A stretch of 63,080 nt of DNA, filler included, from Globobulimina sp. (GCA_003354225.1; 56 parts of 56 records of this genome joined end to end with filler, not necessarily neighbours in it), one strand, 5' to 3'; positions 34,310 through 47,200 are shown, numbered from the whole stretch's first letter. Numbers and translations are program-made. Notes: generated by a model not told the origin, from the sequence alone.

Positions 34310-35116
34310 GTAATTCTAAAAGTAGAAACATTTTACAACTCTGCTTTTTTGTTTTGCAATGTCGATAATTATGATTAAAAAGACAGGAGAGCAAGCAATC
34401 CATCATCAATCATGATCGATTAAATTGTTCAATAAATTCGGCATTGGCACAAGAAATAAAACAAGCTTTTATTTGCCCACATTGTTCTTGTTTTGAACTA
34501 AATAATATGTCTTACAAATTGTGTTAAATGATGACACGAATTGTCTGTGTATTATATATCACAACCGCACAAATTATAATTTCGGACTTTAATTATAAAA
34601 ACATATGTTTTTGCTTTTATGTATAATATGCGGTTTTTCATGTGGTTTCAGTGTAAAATAATTCATAAAACATTATTCCTTGAAATAATATGTGGTTTGT
34701 GTTCTTAACCCAAATTAAGATATACTTTCAATTGTAATTTCTTCCATAGCTCCTTCCATAGCTCCTTTTCTTTTTGGTGTATAGGAAATTAAAAAATTAA
34801 TCAATTTACAACATACGAAAGATCGAAAATAATTCAACACAACACACAAAGTATATGTATTCACAGTTTAATAATAACAAAATGAGGNNNNNNNNNNNNN
34901 NNNNNNNNNNNNNNNNNNNNNNNNNNNNNNNTTAATTAATTAANNNNNNNNNNNNNNNNNNNNNNNNNNNNNNNNNNNNNNNNNNNNCAGTCTAAGTTCC
35001 AGTGAAGTCATCTTTCGTTATCAAGCTATGTACAAAATACGTTCGATAAATATTTAATAAATCAATTGTTTCGATGATTTGCCGCAACACTTCCTTATTA
35101 TGCTCGAAAAAGTATT

Positions 35117-36015
35117 TTAATACTTTGTTGATTTTAATCCCAATTTAAAATGTTCCTTTTTAAATGCAAATGAAATAATGGTGGCGCAATGATCCGTATT
35201 ATTTTTATTTAAAATGTTTTTCATGTCAAATGCCTTCAAAATGTCCAAAAAGCCCGAAAAAACGTCTACGGAAAATGAGCCATTTCGCTGTTGACAACAT
35301 ACTGACATTGCTTCAAAGGCAACATCAAGAGCTTCCAAATTTTGTTCATTCGCATTTAAGATATGATAGAGCATTTTCGTGGCATTGACTAATGCCGGTT
35401 CATTATGGGATGATTGTATTTGAGTAAATATGAATTGGCACATTTTTTTTATTGCACTTAACGGCATCTTTGGGGATAATGTACCGGCTATTTTTGTTAA
35501 TGAGTCCGAGAATATAGTGTTTTGATTAGTTATTATTGTCTGAATTAAATATTCCAACATAGGCACCATCTCAAACGCGTACGTATATTCAATGCTATAC
35601 GCCATGGTATTGAACATTGTTAATGTGTCCAAAATAAATTGATCATCATTTACAATTTTAATTATAAATTTATAGATTAATGGGAAATACTGCAAAAATG
35701 CGATTTTTTCGAATGGTTTTGATTGCTCTGTGAATTGATTGCTCTGTGAAAATTGATATAATGTTTTCAAAAATTCAATTTTTAACTCGCTTGGAATAAA
35801 CTGGAAATTCAGCAACAGCAATTTGAAAATACCGCTATGTAAAAGTTTCCTTAATTGGAATGGAGTCGTACCGTTTTTTATGCATTTATTTACATTTGCA
35901 GAGAAAATATTGATTAATTGCGTAAAATCGTTTTCGTCCAATATTGACTGAATCATTTTTTTTAATTTGCTTAATGAGTGTTTGGATTTAATCTCGTTTA
36001 ATCATTTAATATATC
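35117..36015 (-). CDS. ARM/HEAT-like helical repeat protein fragment
   Basis: Long amphipathic-helix ORF rich in L/I/F. Confidence 0.45.
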
Positions 36016-37030
36016 NNNNNNNNNNNNNNNNNNNNNNNNNNNNNNNNNNNNNNNNNNNNTTAATTAATTAANNNNNNNNNNNNNNNNNNNNNNNNNNNNN
36101 NNNNNNNNNNNNNNNCGGCTCGATTTCAGAAACTTGCACCGTGGCTTGGGCATCTTTTTTACATTTAGATAATAGCGGAGGCATCGCGGATGTCATAACC
36201 TTTTGGTGCACGTCGACTGTTCCCAATTTCCAGGAATCGAAATAAGGAATCTTGATTTTAATTTCATATAATTTCGCTGCTTTCATATCAGTACCATCAT
36301 AATAAACAGTAATTTCTTTCGCTTCTTTAGCTTTAAATTTCCCCGAAAACCAGGGTTTAACGCCACTGTTGGAAATTTAATGAAAATAAATGAATTAATG
36401 ATGTTGTACCGCACAATGGTCGTGGAATGTTTTTTGTCCATGTATTTTTCGAGGATTTTGCTAACACTAGAAGTAGAAGCAGATAATTTATACGTAATTT
36501 TCAAATACTTGTAAATCCTCGAAAATAACCCATTGTACGGCATGCAAAAACAGTGTACATACACATCAAATTGGAATGACATTCGTTTTGGCGGTCCATC
36601 ATTTATACGAAAATACCACATGATCTAACTGATGGAAAGGATTCAGGCGACTGCTTTAACAATCAACGTTTTTTAGTAACAAGATACTTATTTTTGATGA
36701 TGTCTTCAAGTCAGTTGGTGGAAAGAAGAAACTGTATTCAATTAAAATGGAAAGTAGATTATCAACAAAACCAAGAAAATACCAATACAACTAAAAGGGC
36801 AAAACATATAGCAAATGTGAAAGGGTACACTATTATTAATAAATACATTTTATTGCCCATCCGCCACATTCATTGCAAACAAAACGATCACATTTGGCAT
36901 TGTATTTTTTAAAACAGATTAATGAAATGTTTTTTTTAAAAGGGTGGTTTTTTTTCATTTTATTTTTGATGAAAATTTTACGAGGGTGGTTTTTTTTGAA
37001 ATTTTTGCAATCAGAACAATAGTTAGTAGC

Positions 37031-37062
37031 TACTTTAGAATAGGACGTGTTTAGAATATTGC
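37031..37062 (+). mobile_element. Putative transposon end TA-CTTTAGAATAGGACGT, copy 1
   Basis: 30/32 match to the reverse complement of 54977-55008; begins at TA. Confidence 0.6.
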
Positions 37063-37409
37063 CTTTTGGAAATTTTTGATTTAAAGAGCTTATTTTAAAC
37101 TCACCATGTTTTAAATTCGTGATGTATAGAATATTACATTCATNNNNNNNNNNNNNNNNNNNNNNNNNNNNNNNNNNNNNNNNNNNNTTAATTAATTAAN
37201 NNNNNNNNNNNNNNNNNNNNNNNNNNNNNNNNNNNNNNNNNNNTAAGATAGGCATACAACATTTGTTGTTGAGTTGCTCTCCGTGGCATTGGAGAAAGTG
37301 AGTCAAGGAAAAAATGTAGTAAAAAGAGGGTTTGCTAAAGATGTTAGATTAGATTTTACGATTTTTATAAAGCAAAAATGCCTTATCAATACACAATTTT
37401 GATGTAAAT

Positions 37410-38117
37410 ATGAAAACTAAGAGTGGACATTCTTTACTTCACATTGTATCATGTCACGGCTATATCGAATTTATGCACTATTTATTAACCAAATATGCAA
37501 ACTCGATCAATGTGAATATTATGGATAATACTAACAATAATGCAACACATTGGGCAGCAATGTCGGGACACACAAAATGTTTAAAATTATTGATCAAAGC
37601 TGGCGCAAATATATTAAATGTAAATCGTGATTCTAAATCGATTAATATTAATAAGGATGGATTTTTTGTTGTTATTCGACAAATGCCGGTTTATGCAATT
37701 GGTGGAAGGACTTGTTTGCATTTTGCAGCGCAGCATGGAAATATTGAATGTTTACACATATTAATAAATTATATCAAACAACGAGATAAAGAAAGGGTGC
37801 ATAATATGATAAACCTCAGAGATTTGCATGGATACACTGCGTTAGATTTAGCCATAATAAATAAGAAAAAGGATGTAAATAAGTACACGGAGTGTATTCA
37901 GTTATTGAGTGAATATGTGGATGATGATAACTTCATTGGTGTGGATTTAAACTGCAGTTTAAGCAAAGAAGAAGTATTTAGACAGTTTGTTTACGATTAT
38001 TACAAATCTCAAGAACGCATTGCGCAAAATTTCAAGGATACGTTGCCTGGCATGCACGGCAATTGTTGTGATACGTGTCGACAAATGTATCATATTGCTG
38101 ATGCTAAAAAAACTTAG
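37410..38117 (+). CDS. Ankyrin-repeat protein
   Basis: GHSLLH, NNATHWAAMSGH, GRTCLHFAAQHGN, GYTALDLA. Confidence 0.9.
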   Translation: MKTKSGHSLLHIVSCHGYIEFMHYLLTKYANSINVNIMDNTNNNATHWAAMSGHTKCLKLLIKAGANILNVNRDSKSININKDGFFVVIRQMPVYAIGGRTCLHFAAQHGNIECLHILINYIKQRDKERVHNMINLRDLHGYTALDLAIINKKKDVNKYTECIQLLSEYVDDDNFIGVDLNCSLSKEEVFRQFVYDYYKSQERIAQNFKDTLPGMHGNCCDTCRQMYHIADAKKT

Positions 38118-38371
38118 TTTCTAAACCTAGTGGGGTCAAGACCCTGTAACCATTGGGAAAAACGTTCTGCAAATGCGAGTGCAAAGATAAAAATAAAAAA
38201 CTGAAAGTAAGTACTAACTCAAAAACTTCAAAATTGAATGGCTGTTATCTTTGCCAAAAAATAAGCAGGCANNNNNNNNNNNNNNNNNNNNNNNNNNNNN
38301 NNNNNNNNNNNNNNNTTAATTAATTAANNNNNNNNNNNNNNNNNNNNNNNNNNNNNNNNNNNNNNNNNNNN

Positions 38372-38926
38372 TTCTTTTTCTAGTTGATAGAGATCATCGA
38401 CTTCATAGTCTGTTATTGTCGTGGCAAAATCACCAATACTTTGTATCGCTTTTCCTGACAACATATCATGACGAATGGATAATTCGAATTTGTTCGGAGT
38501 GAACTGGTTAGAAGCCAGGATTGACTCGTATCGATCCATACTGAATGAGCCACTATCCTGGAATTGGGCCATGGTGCGTATTTTATTCTGAATTTCATCG
38601 CCGCTGGTTTGTACTCCCATATTAGCGGCCCCCTGGCGTAATAACGACTCTTGGATGAGCTGGTTGATCACTTGTTGTTTGATATTGATCATGTCGAGAA
38701 ATCCTTTCGGAATCGTTCCATTAAATTTCTCTTTGTATCCATTAACGATTTGGTCATAGGTATCTCTGTATCGTTGGAACGATATCTCTTCATCGTTTAT
38801 AACGAGGGCGGCTTCGCGGTTGTCCATGTTAGCACCGACGCCCCAAAAAACAAAAACGACGGCAATAATCAGGACAATGCCTTGTGTGAAAGGTGACTGA
38901 GCTTTGTTTCGGATATATTGCAGCAT
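38372..38926 (-). CDS. ppiD: PpiD/SurA N-terminal domain protein (Desulfobacterota-like), 3' partial
   Basis: MLQYIRNKAQS...IIAVVFVFWGVG..A..IN.EEIS..QVINQLI...LL.Q.A..FQ..G.F....Y. Confidence 0.85.
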
Positions 38927-38949
38927 AATGTTTTTAGGTAGTTTGTTGT

Positions 38950-39282
38950 TTGATGGTTTTAACACCAACGCCGTTATTTGAGTTTCGATATTTTATAATT
39001 CCAATTATTATATTTAAATTAAATTATTTATGCAGTGATGAATTGATGAATAGATTTGTGAATGATTGTGTTATGGACGAATTGGAAAGGGTTTATAATC
39101 AAAATAGTGGCAGAATGATGCTTCTATTGTTGGATTTTGCCTTTAATAGATTGCCAAATGCAAATGTTTATAAATGGATAAATCTGATGCTTTACATGGC
39201 AATCGATATACTAACTTTATACATTTACATTTCAAAACCTTTTCAATGGGCTGATGGGACCATTGCAAGATTTATGTGGTAG
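38950..39282 (+). CDS. ALG10: ALG10/DIE2 alpha-1,2-glucosyltransferase C-terminus (eukaryotic)
   Basis: PTPLFEFRYFIIP and the terminal KPFQW.DG...RFMW*. Confidence 0.9.
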   Translation: MMVLTPTPLFEFRYFIIPIIIFKLNYLCSDELMNRFVNDCVMDELERVYNQNSGRMMLLLLDFAFNRLPNANVYKWINLMLYMAIDILTLYIYISKPFQWADGTIARFMW

Positions 39283-39499
39283 TTTAACTATAAATATAAA
39301 AAACAATGAGTCAGAGTCGAAAACGTTTATTGATAGAGCACGGTTTTAGCAAACAGGTTGAACTCTCCTTGACACGTACACCAAGTCAAACGCAGCAGGN
39401 NNNNNNNNNNNNNNNNNNNNNNNNNNNNNNNNNNNNNNNNNNNTTAATTAATTAANNNNNNNNNNNNNNNNNNNNNNNNNNNNNNNNNNNNNNNNNNNN

Positions 39500-40220
39500 C
39501 ATCGTCATTCCATATGGAAACGTCATGAATCCAGACATTCTCGCCGGAAACATCGAATCCATCGGTATTGAAAGCTGTAATATCATATAAATTGTGATAA
39601 TCTCTGTTGTCCCGTCTTGCACTGATATTTGAATGATGGATTTCTACATTTCTAACATCTTCAAGGTCGACGGTCCAATACGGAGAGTCTTTGAAATAGA
39701 TATATTCGATCAATATGTTTGTCGAATTATACATATGCAGCAAACGAGGCCGATTTTCTTTGTGTATGCAATATTGCAAAGCTCCCCACCATTTCCCCCC
39801 ATTTCCATCGATTAAACCTTTATTGACCTTATGTGAGGATGTAAAGGTTATATTATCGGAGTTATCAAATCTCATTGCTTCCAAGACGCGATCTGAATTG
39901 TTTTGCGTCGGCCAGTATTTCCTATCATTTTGATAGTTTATGGATCCGTCAATCTGAATGGTAATGTTTTTGGTGGAGATATAAATCCCTCCATTAAACC
40001 AGAAATCATAATGTGTTGGAATTAATAAACAATCTCCAGACTGTAATGCATTATTTAGTAATTGGGTTAGAATTTTAGTGTTTGAATTGCAAGCTGATAT
40101 CTTTTTATTTGAAGGTATGGCGCCATAATCTAAGATGTTCCAAACTTTCATGCAATTTAAATTATTGACAAACAACAGAAAAAATGTCAATATAGTTAAT
40201 TGTTTCTGATTAGCGTACAT
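39500..40220 (-). CDS. Secreted GH28 polygalacturonase-like glycoside hydrolase, 3' partial
   Basis: Signal peptide, NILDYGA, IDGNGGKWW, RPRL, DSPYW, NTDGFD and NDD. Confidence 0.9.
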
Positions 40221-40627
40221 GAGTCAGTAGTATTTGAGTTAAAGTGATTTCTAAAAAAACCTAATTTTCATTAGGGTGATCGGACTTCAACTTTTGGAGT
40301 TGATCGCTCACCACAATAAATTAGCTCAATAGTTGCGACTGCAGCGTAATATTTGTATTTTTAAATTTTAATTTTCTGCAGTGTTGTAATGGGATGACTA
40401 TATGGTGAATAAAATATCCAATTTGTGTGAACTAATTCAATAACATAGAACTATTAAAGTTATCACTCAGACTATTGTTCATTTGCTTATTTTTGATGAG
40501 TTTATGGGAAATACACACACAGAGTCANNNNNNNNNNNNNNNNNNNNNNNNNNNNNNNNNNNNNNNNNNNNTTAATTAATTAANNNNNNNNNNNNNNNNN
40601 NNNNNNNNNNNNNNNNNNNNNNNNNNN

Positions 40628-41655
40628 AGTGCAATAATATCCAACATTGCGCAAAGTTAAATAGAATTATCAACACTATAAAATGGTATCAAAGTGCAAC
40701 AGAAAAACATATATTACCCTACGTAATGGAATATAAATCCATCATCGACGATTTTCATCACATTTTAATAGCACACAGGAATCAATTAGAACAGATATAT
40801 GATCATATTACAAAAAATATGGAATTTGAATGTGATGTATCGAATTGTAATATATTTTCAAAAACGGAATGCAAATCCGATGACAGCCTGATTATATTTT
40901 ATACAAAATTATTGGATCAAATTCATTGTCATGTAATGCATCAATTTGATACAGGATTAAGATTACGGCCATCGTCATTAAGGGATCTCAATGATACAAA
41001 ATTAAGTGATGAAGATCGATCAAGTGGTGATACTGAATTAATTACTGTTGATCAACAATTTGAACATGTATCAAAACCTAAAAATAGTCACATTAATTTC
41101 CATCGAATTAACAAATTTAATATAACATCAACGGCTGTGGCAGACATATCTGACCCAAAAGGTTTGTTATTGGTTTGTATATCCTTTTATATATTCCATC
41201 TATAACATTTGTATATGCATCACACAGATCCACCATTCATAGATTTAATATCGAATGAAATGAGAAATAAAGGACACAGTAAGAAATTAGATAAAATAAT
41301 TGAATATTTACATGAAGAAGAATACGACTCTGACGCTATCAAATATGATATCAGCCAAGGCTCGGAAAAAAATAGTAATATTTTCCGTCATATTACAAAC
41401 CTAAAATTTGCACAATCTTTGAGTAAATATGTCAAAAATTGTATGTAATATAACTTATTTTTGTATATCTGATATACAAATGAATTGAAATAATGAACAA
41501 TACAGATGTTTATCGACGAATTTATGCCGTATTTAGCACCGGTTATACGTTTTGGTATTGGATATATTATAAAAATAATAATGATTCAACACAATACGAA
41601 GTATTAACAAATGAGCGTACGCATTCATTTACATATTCGGAACTTTATGTTGCTG
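40628..41655 (+). CDS. Protist expanded-family protein fragment; introns 41162-41227 and 41441-41505
   Basis: Three ORFs join in frame through 66- and 65-bp GT-AG introns. Motifs IDDFHHIL..H, LDQIHCH..H, EEEYDSDAI and FSTGY.F.YW. Confidence 0.7.
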
Positions 41656-41878
41656 NNNNNNNNNNNNNNNNNNNNNNNNNNNNNNNNNNNNNNNNNNNNT
41701 TAATTAATTAANNNNNNNNNNNNNNNNNNNNNNNNNNNNNNNNNNNNNNNNNNNNAATTTTATCCTTGCACTCAAGATTAAGAATCACTCAGTTGGACAA
41801 TGGCGAACTTTCTTTATTTACACTTTTTATGTATATGGATTGTGATCGATCAATTTGCTCAAACATTATAAACTCAAT

Positions 41879-42783
41879 TCATTTCTTGAGGGAAACGAAC
41901 TTTTGCACTGTCATCAATGCAATCTTTGCGGTGCTCAATTCTTTGACTCGTGTTTTAATCATATTCTCCGATATATGCACCAGTTTCGCCACTTCCTGTA
42001 CTGAGCGTGTATGCAATCCGCGTCCATGTATTCTAGATGCGAGGACCAGAGCGGCTGCATACACTCCTCCCGGCCGTCCACTTTTTATTCGAGCAATTAC
42101 TTTCATGGCAATCGCAATAATTGCTTCTGTTTCATCGCCAAATCGCAACATATTCGCAAACCGCGTCACATACATTATTGCGTCGGGCCGCACATTCATT
42201 TTAATCGGAATATCCTTGCATAATTTATGAGCTTTTGAGGCTAATTTTTGGTTATTTATGTTACAGACTTTGGCGAAATCATTGATTAAAAAGGGCAATG
42301 GATCAGGCTCCATTTGGCGACATGCGATATATAACAATATCGATGGCAAAAATTCTGCATCATAGCGACGAATAAGCTTCTTTTTACAGCATATTTTCCA
42401 ACTATTTATTATTAATCCGCGTGTAATGTGTATGTTATTTGCATTTTGTGTGAAATTTACAAACATTTTAAGTGCATTATCAATGACTGAGCATAATTTC
42501 TTATCTGATAATTTATTTACAATATGTTCCATTTTTGAATGTATTTCGTTTTCAGCTGCATTTCTGTCCAATTTATCTGGTTCTTGATCGATATTTGTTG
42601 GCTTTTGTTTAATTAATATATCTCCATCGCATTCATCTGGTTCTTGATCGATTTTTTTTGGTTTTGGTTTAATTGGAGATGTTGATGTCCATTGACATAA
42701 TATGCGTTTATACGGACATTTTGGTTTTTGATTCATTTGATTTTGTGTATCAGCAACATTGTCTTTGCTATTTATTGTATACC
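41879..42783 (-). CDS. BRF1/TFIIB-like cyclin-fold protein, divergent
   Basis: LYIACR..P.L..DF, YVTRFANMLRFG, RPGGVYAAALVLASRIH and RSVQEVAKLV..SE....RVKE. Confidence 0.8.
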
Positions 42784-42997
42784 NNNNNNNNNNNNNNNNN
42801 NNNNNNNNNNNNNNNNNNNNNNNNNNNTTAATTAATTAANNNNNNNNNNNNNNNNNNNNNNNNNNNNNNNNNNNNNNNNNNNNCTGATTGTATCATCACC
42901 AATTATCTCCTGATCATCTTCAGAATTTACATTTAAATATGATTGAACATTTTCATTTCCTTCATTCATTTGATTATCACAATTTCCTTCAGTTGTA

Positions 42998-43300
42998 CCA
43001 TAAAATCCACAAACAAAATAACAAACAAAATAACTCATAAAACACCCCATAAAATACGCCATAAATAACTCATAAAATTCACATAAAATAACCATAAAAT
43101 CCAGATAAAATAACCCATAAAATAACCCATAAATTAAATAACAAACAAAATACCCCATAAAAAAACCATAAATAACCATATACAATTCGCCATAAAATAC
43201 CATAAATAACCATATTAAATTCGCCCTAAAATACGCTATAAAATACTCCATAAAACAACAAACAAAATACCCAATAAAATCCACCTAAAATTCGCCATAA
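42998..43300. repeat. ~12-bp degenerate minisatellite (CCATAAAATACC / AAACAAAATAAC units)
   Basis: Roughly 25 tandem units lying between two acidic minus-strand coding segments. Confidence 0.85.
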
Positions 43301-43682
43301 TAATATCAATATCTCCGTCATTAAATGGCAATAATTCTTCAAACACATAATCAACTTCAAAGTCGTCGTCACCATCATCCCATACCTCCTTCAATGTGCT
43401 CTCAAATATCAAATGCTGTGCGGAATATTTACGTGTAAAATCTTTCTCTCTCAGCCATTCCATCATTGCTGTCATTGGATTATTTATTTTCTTCTCCTCA
43501 TCCACATCCTCATTATCTTGTTTTTTATATTCATTTTCATAATGTTGCTCGTTATAATTACCATTCCCATTTTCAACATAATCAAAAAATCATTTTGTGT
43601 TGTGATTGTGGCTGTGGATTGCCACTCTATTCCTTTATCAATTCCTTTTAATCAATTCATTTATTTGAATAAGTTTATTTGG

Positions 43683-43752
43683 GGACGCCTCAGGCTTTGA
43701 ACCTGAATCTTCTGGATATATCTATCCAGTGCTCTACTTGAGCTAGGCAGGA
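43683..43752 (-). repeat. tRNA-derived element (SINE-like), copy 2
   Basis: Its 56-nt core differs from copy 1 at 6 positions. Confidence 0.75.
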
Positions 43753-44011
43753 GTTTGAGGACTGTCCATTGGATTGAGATTGCATTTGCAATTCACAATC
43801 ATTAAATGACTGACTTTGCGATAATACACTGTGTTTCCATGAAGAACAATGTAGAAAGACTGTGTTTTTTGAGAAAACAGTATGTTAGTAGTTTGTTTTT
43901 GAATGCAAAACNNNNNNNNNNNNNNNNNNNNNNNNNNNNNNNNNNNNNNNNNNNNTTAATTAATTAANNNNNNNNNNNNNNNNNNNNNNNNNNNNNNNNN
44001 NNNNNNNNNNN

Positions 44012-44307
44012 TTCTCATATTTTGTTGGGTTTAAATCGTATAATTCTTGTGATTTGTGTAATAATTTAAGCATTCCTGAAACTATATTTTCTCGAATTGA
44101 ATGGGTTGTTTCTACGAATTCTTCAGTGTCCAAACCCCATGGATTAAAAATACATTTTAGCTGTTTAAATAATGTTGATTTCCCAGAGGAGCCTGAACCT
44201 AATAATAACAATTTTTTTACTGAAGAATCTATTTGTTTATGCTGTAACATATGTGTCTCAATCTCGAAATCTGCCTTGTTGTTAAACGAGCTACAACAGC
44301 TTCCCAT
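44012..44307 (-). CDS. Heterotrimeric G-protein alpha subunit N-terminus
   Basis: MGSCCSS acylation motif and KLLLLGSGSSGKSTLFKQLK. Confidence 0.9.
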
Positions 44308-44408
44308 GATGACTTGTAAGGTTTTTTTTAGTTCTATCACTTTTGTTTTATGTTTGAATTCTAAATCTTTTCAAAGTTCAAACTGACTCTTCAAGCAACT
44401 TAAATAAA

Positions 44409-45039
44409 TTATAATTTGGAAACAATACTAATTTTGTTCGCATTTTCTTTGATTTGTTTAATCGCTCCTTCCATCATCTCCTCCACGATCTCTTTGGCAG
44501 ACTTAATATCCACAATGGCTCCGGCAACCTGCCCACTTAAATGCGGCATCATATTGCTCGCTCCCTGCGGCACCACATAATTCATTGAATATTGTTCCGA
44601 ATCCTCTTTCTTCTTATTTTTATTGTACGTCTCCATATCCTTCATATATGGAATGATCCCTTTCTTCAATAACTGCTTCATCTCTTCCCTCCGATTCTTT
44701 TCCCAAAACTTGCTGTATGGATTGCTCACAATCCTCAGTGGCCGACCCGTATATATCTCTGTGCGCATAGTATCATCATAGCCGGCATTCAAAATCGATT
44801 CTTTATGCAACAAAGACGCGCCAGCTTCCTCGCAGCAGACAAAGCGTGTCCCGACCCACACAGCCTGGCACCCAAAGGACAACGCCATGGCTAAGCCGCG
44901 TCCGTCAAAGATACCGCCGGCACCCACTACGTACACATTGTGGTCCGGATACAATGGCATTCTATGTCCACGCACAAGGTCCACACAGGACGGCAATAAG
45001 ATGGACGTGGGAACATCGCCCGTATGGCCCCCACCTTCG
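44409..45039 (-). CDS. Nitronate monooxygenase/2-nitropropane dioxygenase family, C-terminal part
   Basis: EGGGHTG, AGGIFDGRGLAMALSFG.QAVWVGTRF and GQVAGAI; ends in SKL. Confidence 0.9.
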
Positions 45040-45139
45040 NNNNNNNNNNNNNNNNNNNNNNNNNNNNNNNNNNNNNNNNNNNNTTAATTAATTAANNNNN
45101 NNNNNNNNNNNNNNNNNNNNNNNNNNNNNNNNNNNNNNN

Positions 45140-46167
45140 GCTAATTTTTGTTCCTCCTCAGCTGTCAAAGCAGTGGTAGCCGTTTTTGGTTTATGCGGTG
45201 TATGTTTTTCAGGTTTTGTGTCTGAATTAGAGCCAGCAACGGTATTCCCGCCAGGCAATACATCACTTTCTTCGAATTGCGTAATAATGGATTTATCCAC
45301 ACCGTCTTGACGCATTTTATTTAAAATCGAGACTTTGGGCATTTTAAATTTCAACATTTTCCGATATTTATTCAATCCGTCATCAACTACGGGAGCTGTT
45401 GCTTTATTGTCCTCTTTCGTTTCTTCCTTTTTTTCTGCAGTAAACGTATTTGTTTTTGTGGTTGTTTGTGGAGCAGAAACGTGAACACTTCCATGCTTCT
45501 TTAAATGTTGAAGTTGTGTTTGGAAACTTAAATTTTTACTTTTTTCCTCTAACAACGCATCCTCTAATTTTAATTGTTTGTCCCTCGCTTCATTCAACGC
45601 ATTTAAAATTTGTGTGTTGGTATCATCCATTTTTGACTCAGTTCCAGAGCTCACATTCTGTGCTTCTCTCACTTCCAACATGGTATATAATTCTTGATAG
45701 GTTGGATACACCGTAATCTCTGAAACATAGTTCTTATTCAATTCATTAATATTTTGATGTTTACCATACACAGACAGGCCGACATCAGTCATTTTATGTT
45801 TTTGTACTGGCAAACTACTTTTAGTAATCAGCTCTTTCTGTGCAGGTTTACAGGCTGAGTTTACAATTTTGGACACATTGAGCCAGGCATGATGCGCATT
45901 GCTTGGTAATACAATCAAATTCTTTAAAATCGACACCAATTCGTTAATATATCCATCATTTAAGGCCTGATCGTGAACTCTTTTAAATAGATCCATCGGA
46001 TTATCGATATCGAAATCCTCATCAAACACAACATTTTGATCATTTGCATTGCGTTTATCGGTTTCGTATAATTTACGATAAGTTTCAATTTGATTCAGCA
46101 AAGCATCACTTAATGCTATATTTACATTGTATTTTCGCCTGGTTCTATCTTCTAATTTATTTAAGAT
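45140..46167 (-). CDS. Formin-like fragment (FH3 end, coiled coil, CCDC53-like helical repeat)
   Basis: NP.DLF......LVSILKNL..LP.....W and KYRKMLKFKMPKVSILNKMRQDGVD. Confidence 0.65.
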
Positions 46168-46345
46168 NNNNNNNNNNNNNNNNNNNNNNNNNNNNNNNNN
46201 NNNNNNNNNNNTTAATTAATTAANNNNNNNNNNNNNNNNNNNNNNNNNNNNNNNNNNNNNNNNNNNNAATATACATATACAATGTAAGTGCTATCATTGC
46301 CCCGAAGGTAAATCCTCGATTCACCCAAAAGGATACGATTATTGC

Positions 46346-47200
46346 ATGAAATGTGCCAAACAAAAATCAATGTTTGGGTACGTATTAAATAAATCCAAAA
46401 AAGACTCCAAAACAAACTCATATCAAAATGCAATGTATGTCATGGCACGCTCGAAAATTGACAACGAAGCATCATCCAATGACAATGACCACGAACATAT
46501 TATTCATGAGTCAAGTATGCCGCTGCTTGAGTCCAAGTATGTTTTTATACAGATATCGCTCCTAAAAACTACTCCGCAACACAGGGAAAACGCGCAATTG
46601 CAACGACTCAGAGAAAAGCCCGTCATTAAGAGTAAGGATTTGATGTATATTAAGAATGCATTGATGGAAAACATCAAGATACAATGTGCGTGTTCAGATA
46701 TATTGGTAATGACTAAGCCATACACTGCGTACAAAGGAACTGCAGAATGCGATATTTGTAACAATAAAATTGCTGGCTTTGAGTTTTGTTTTCATTGTCC
46801 AAAAGAAAAGATTTCGCCGCATTTATTTGGATTTGATGTGTGTTTAAACTGTGCCATTGGCAATAAAATGCAGTTTATGAAATTTGAGGATGAAATGAAA
46901 AAACAGTGTTTTAAATTAAAACGGTATGAAGCCAGTATCAAACCGGAGGTATTGACCATATTTGAACGGAAAAGTGCAGCCATACAGAAATCTGCAGAGT
47001 CGATTTGTGAGATAATGCCATATATGATAGAGACACAAAATATTGTCTTCAATGAGTTGATTGCAAGAATTAAAAGTGGAATGGATGAGATTCCCGGTAT
47101 CAATGCGGAGAAAGATGCGGTGGATGATGATGAACAAAAAAATGAGGATGATGGCAGTGACAGAATGATGTTTATGATAAGGAGAAGGAGCCATTGTTAG
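46346..47200 (+). CDS. ZZ-like zinc-finger protein
   Basis: CAC..ECDIC..FCFHCP......HLFGFDVCLNCA, the same pattern as 6775-7770. Confidence 0.65.
   Translation: MKCAKQKSMFGYVLNKSKKDSKTNSYQNAMYVMARSKIDNEASSNDNDHEHIIHESSMPLLESKYVFIQISLLKTTPQHRENAQLQRLREKPVIKSKDLMYIKNALMENIKIQCACSDILVMTKPYTAYKGTAECDICNNKIAGFEFCFHCPKEKISPHLFGFDVCLNCAIGNKMQFMKFEDEMKKQCFKLKRYEASIKPEVLTIFERKSAAIQKSAESICEIMPYMIETQNIVFNELIARIKSGMDEIPGINAEKDAVDDDEQKNEDDGSDRMMFMIRRRSHC

Noticed and set aside
42832-43284. Hydrophobic F/Y/M/G-rich ORF as a membrane protein
   Set aside because: It is the translation of a 12-bp minisatellite.
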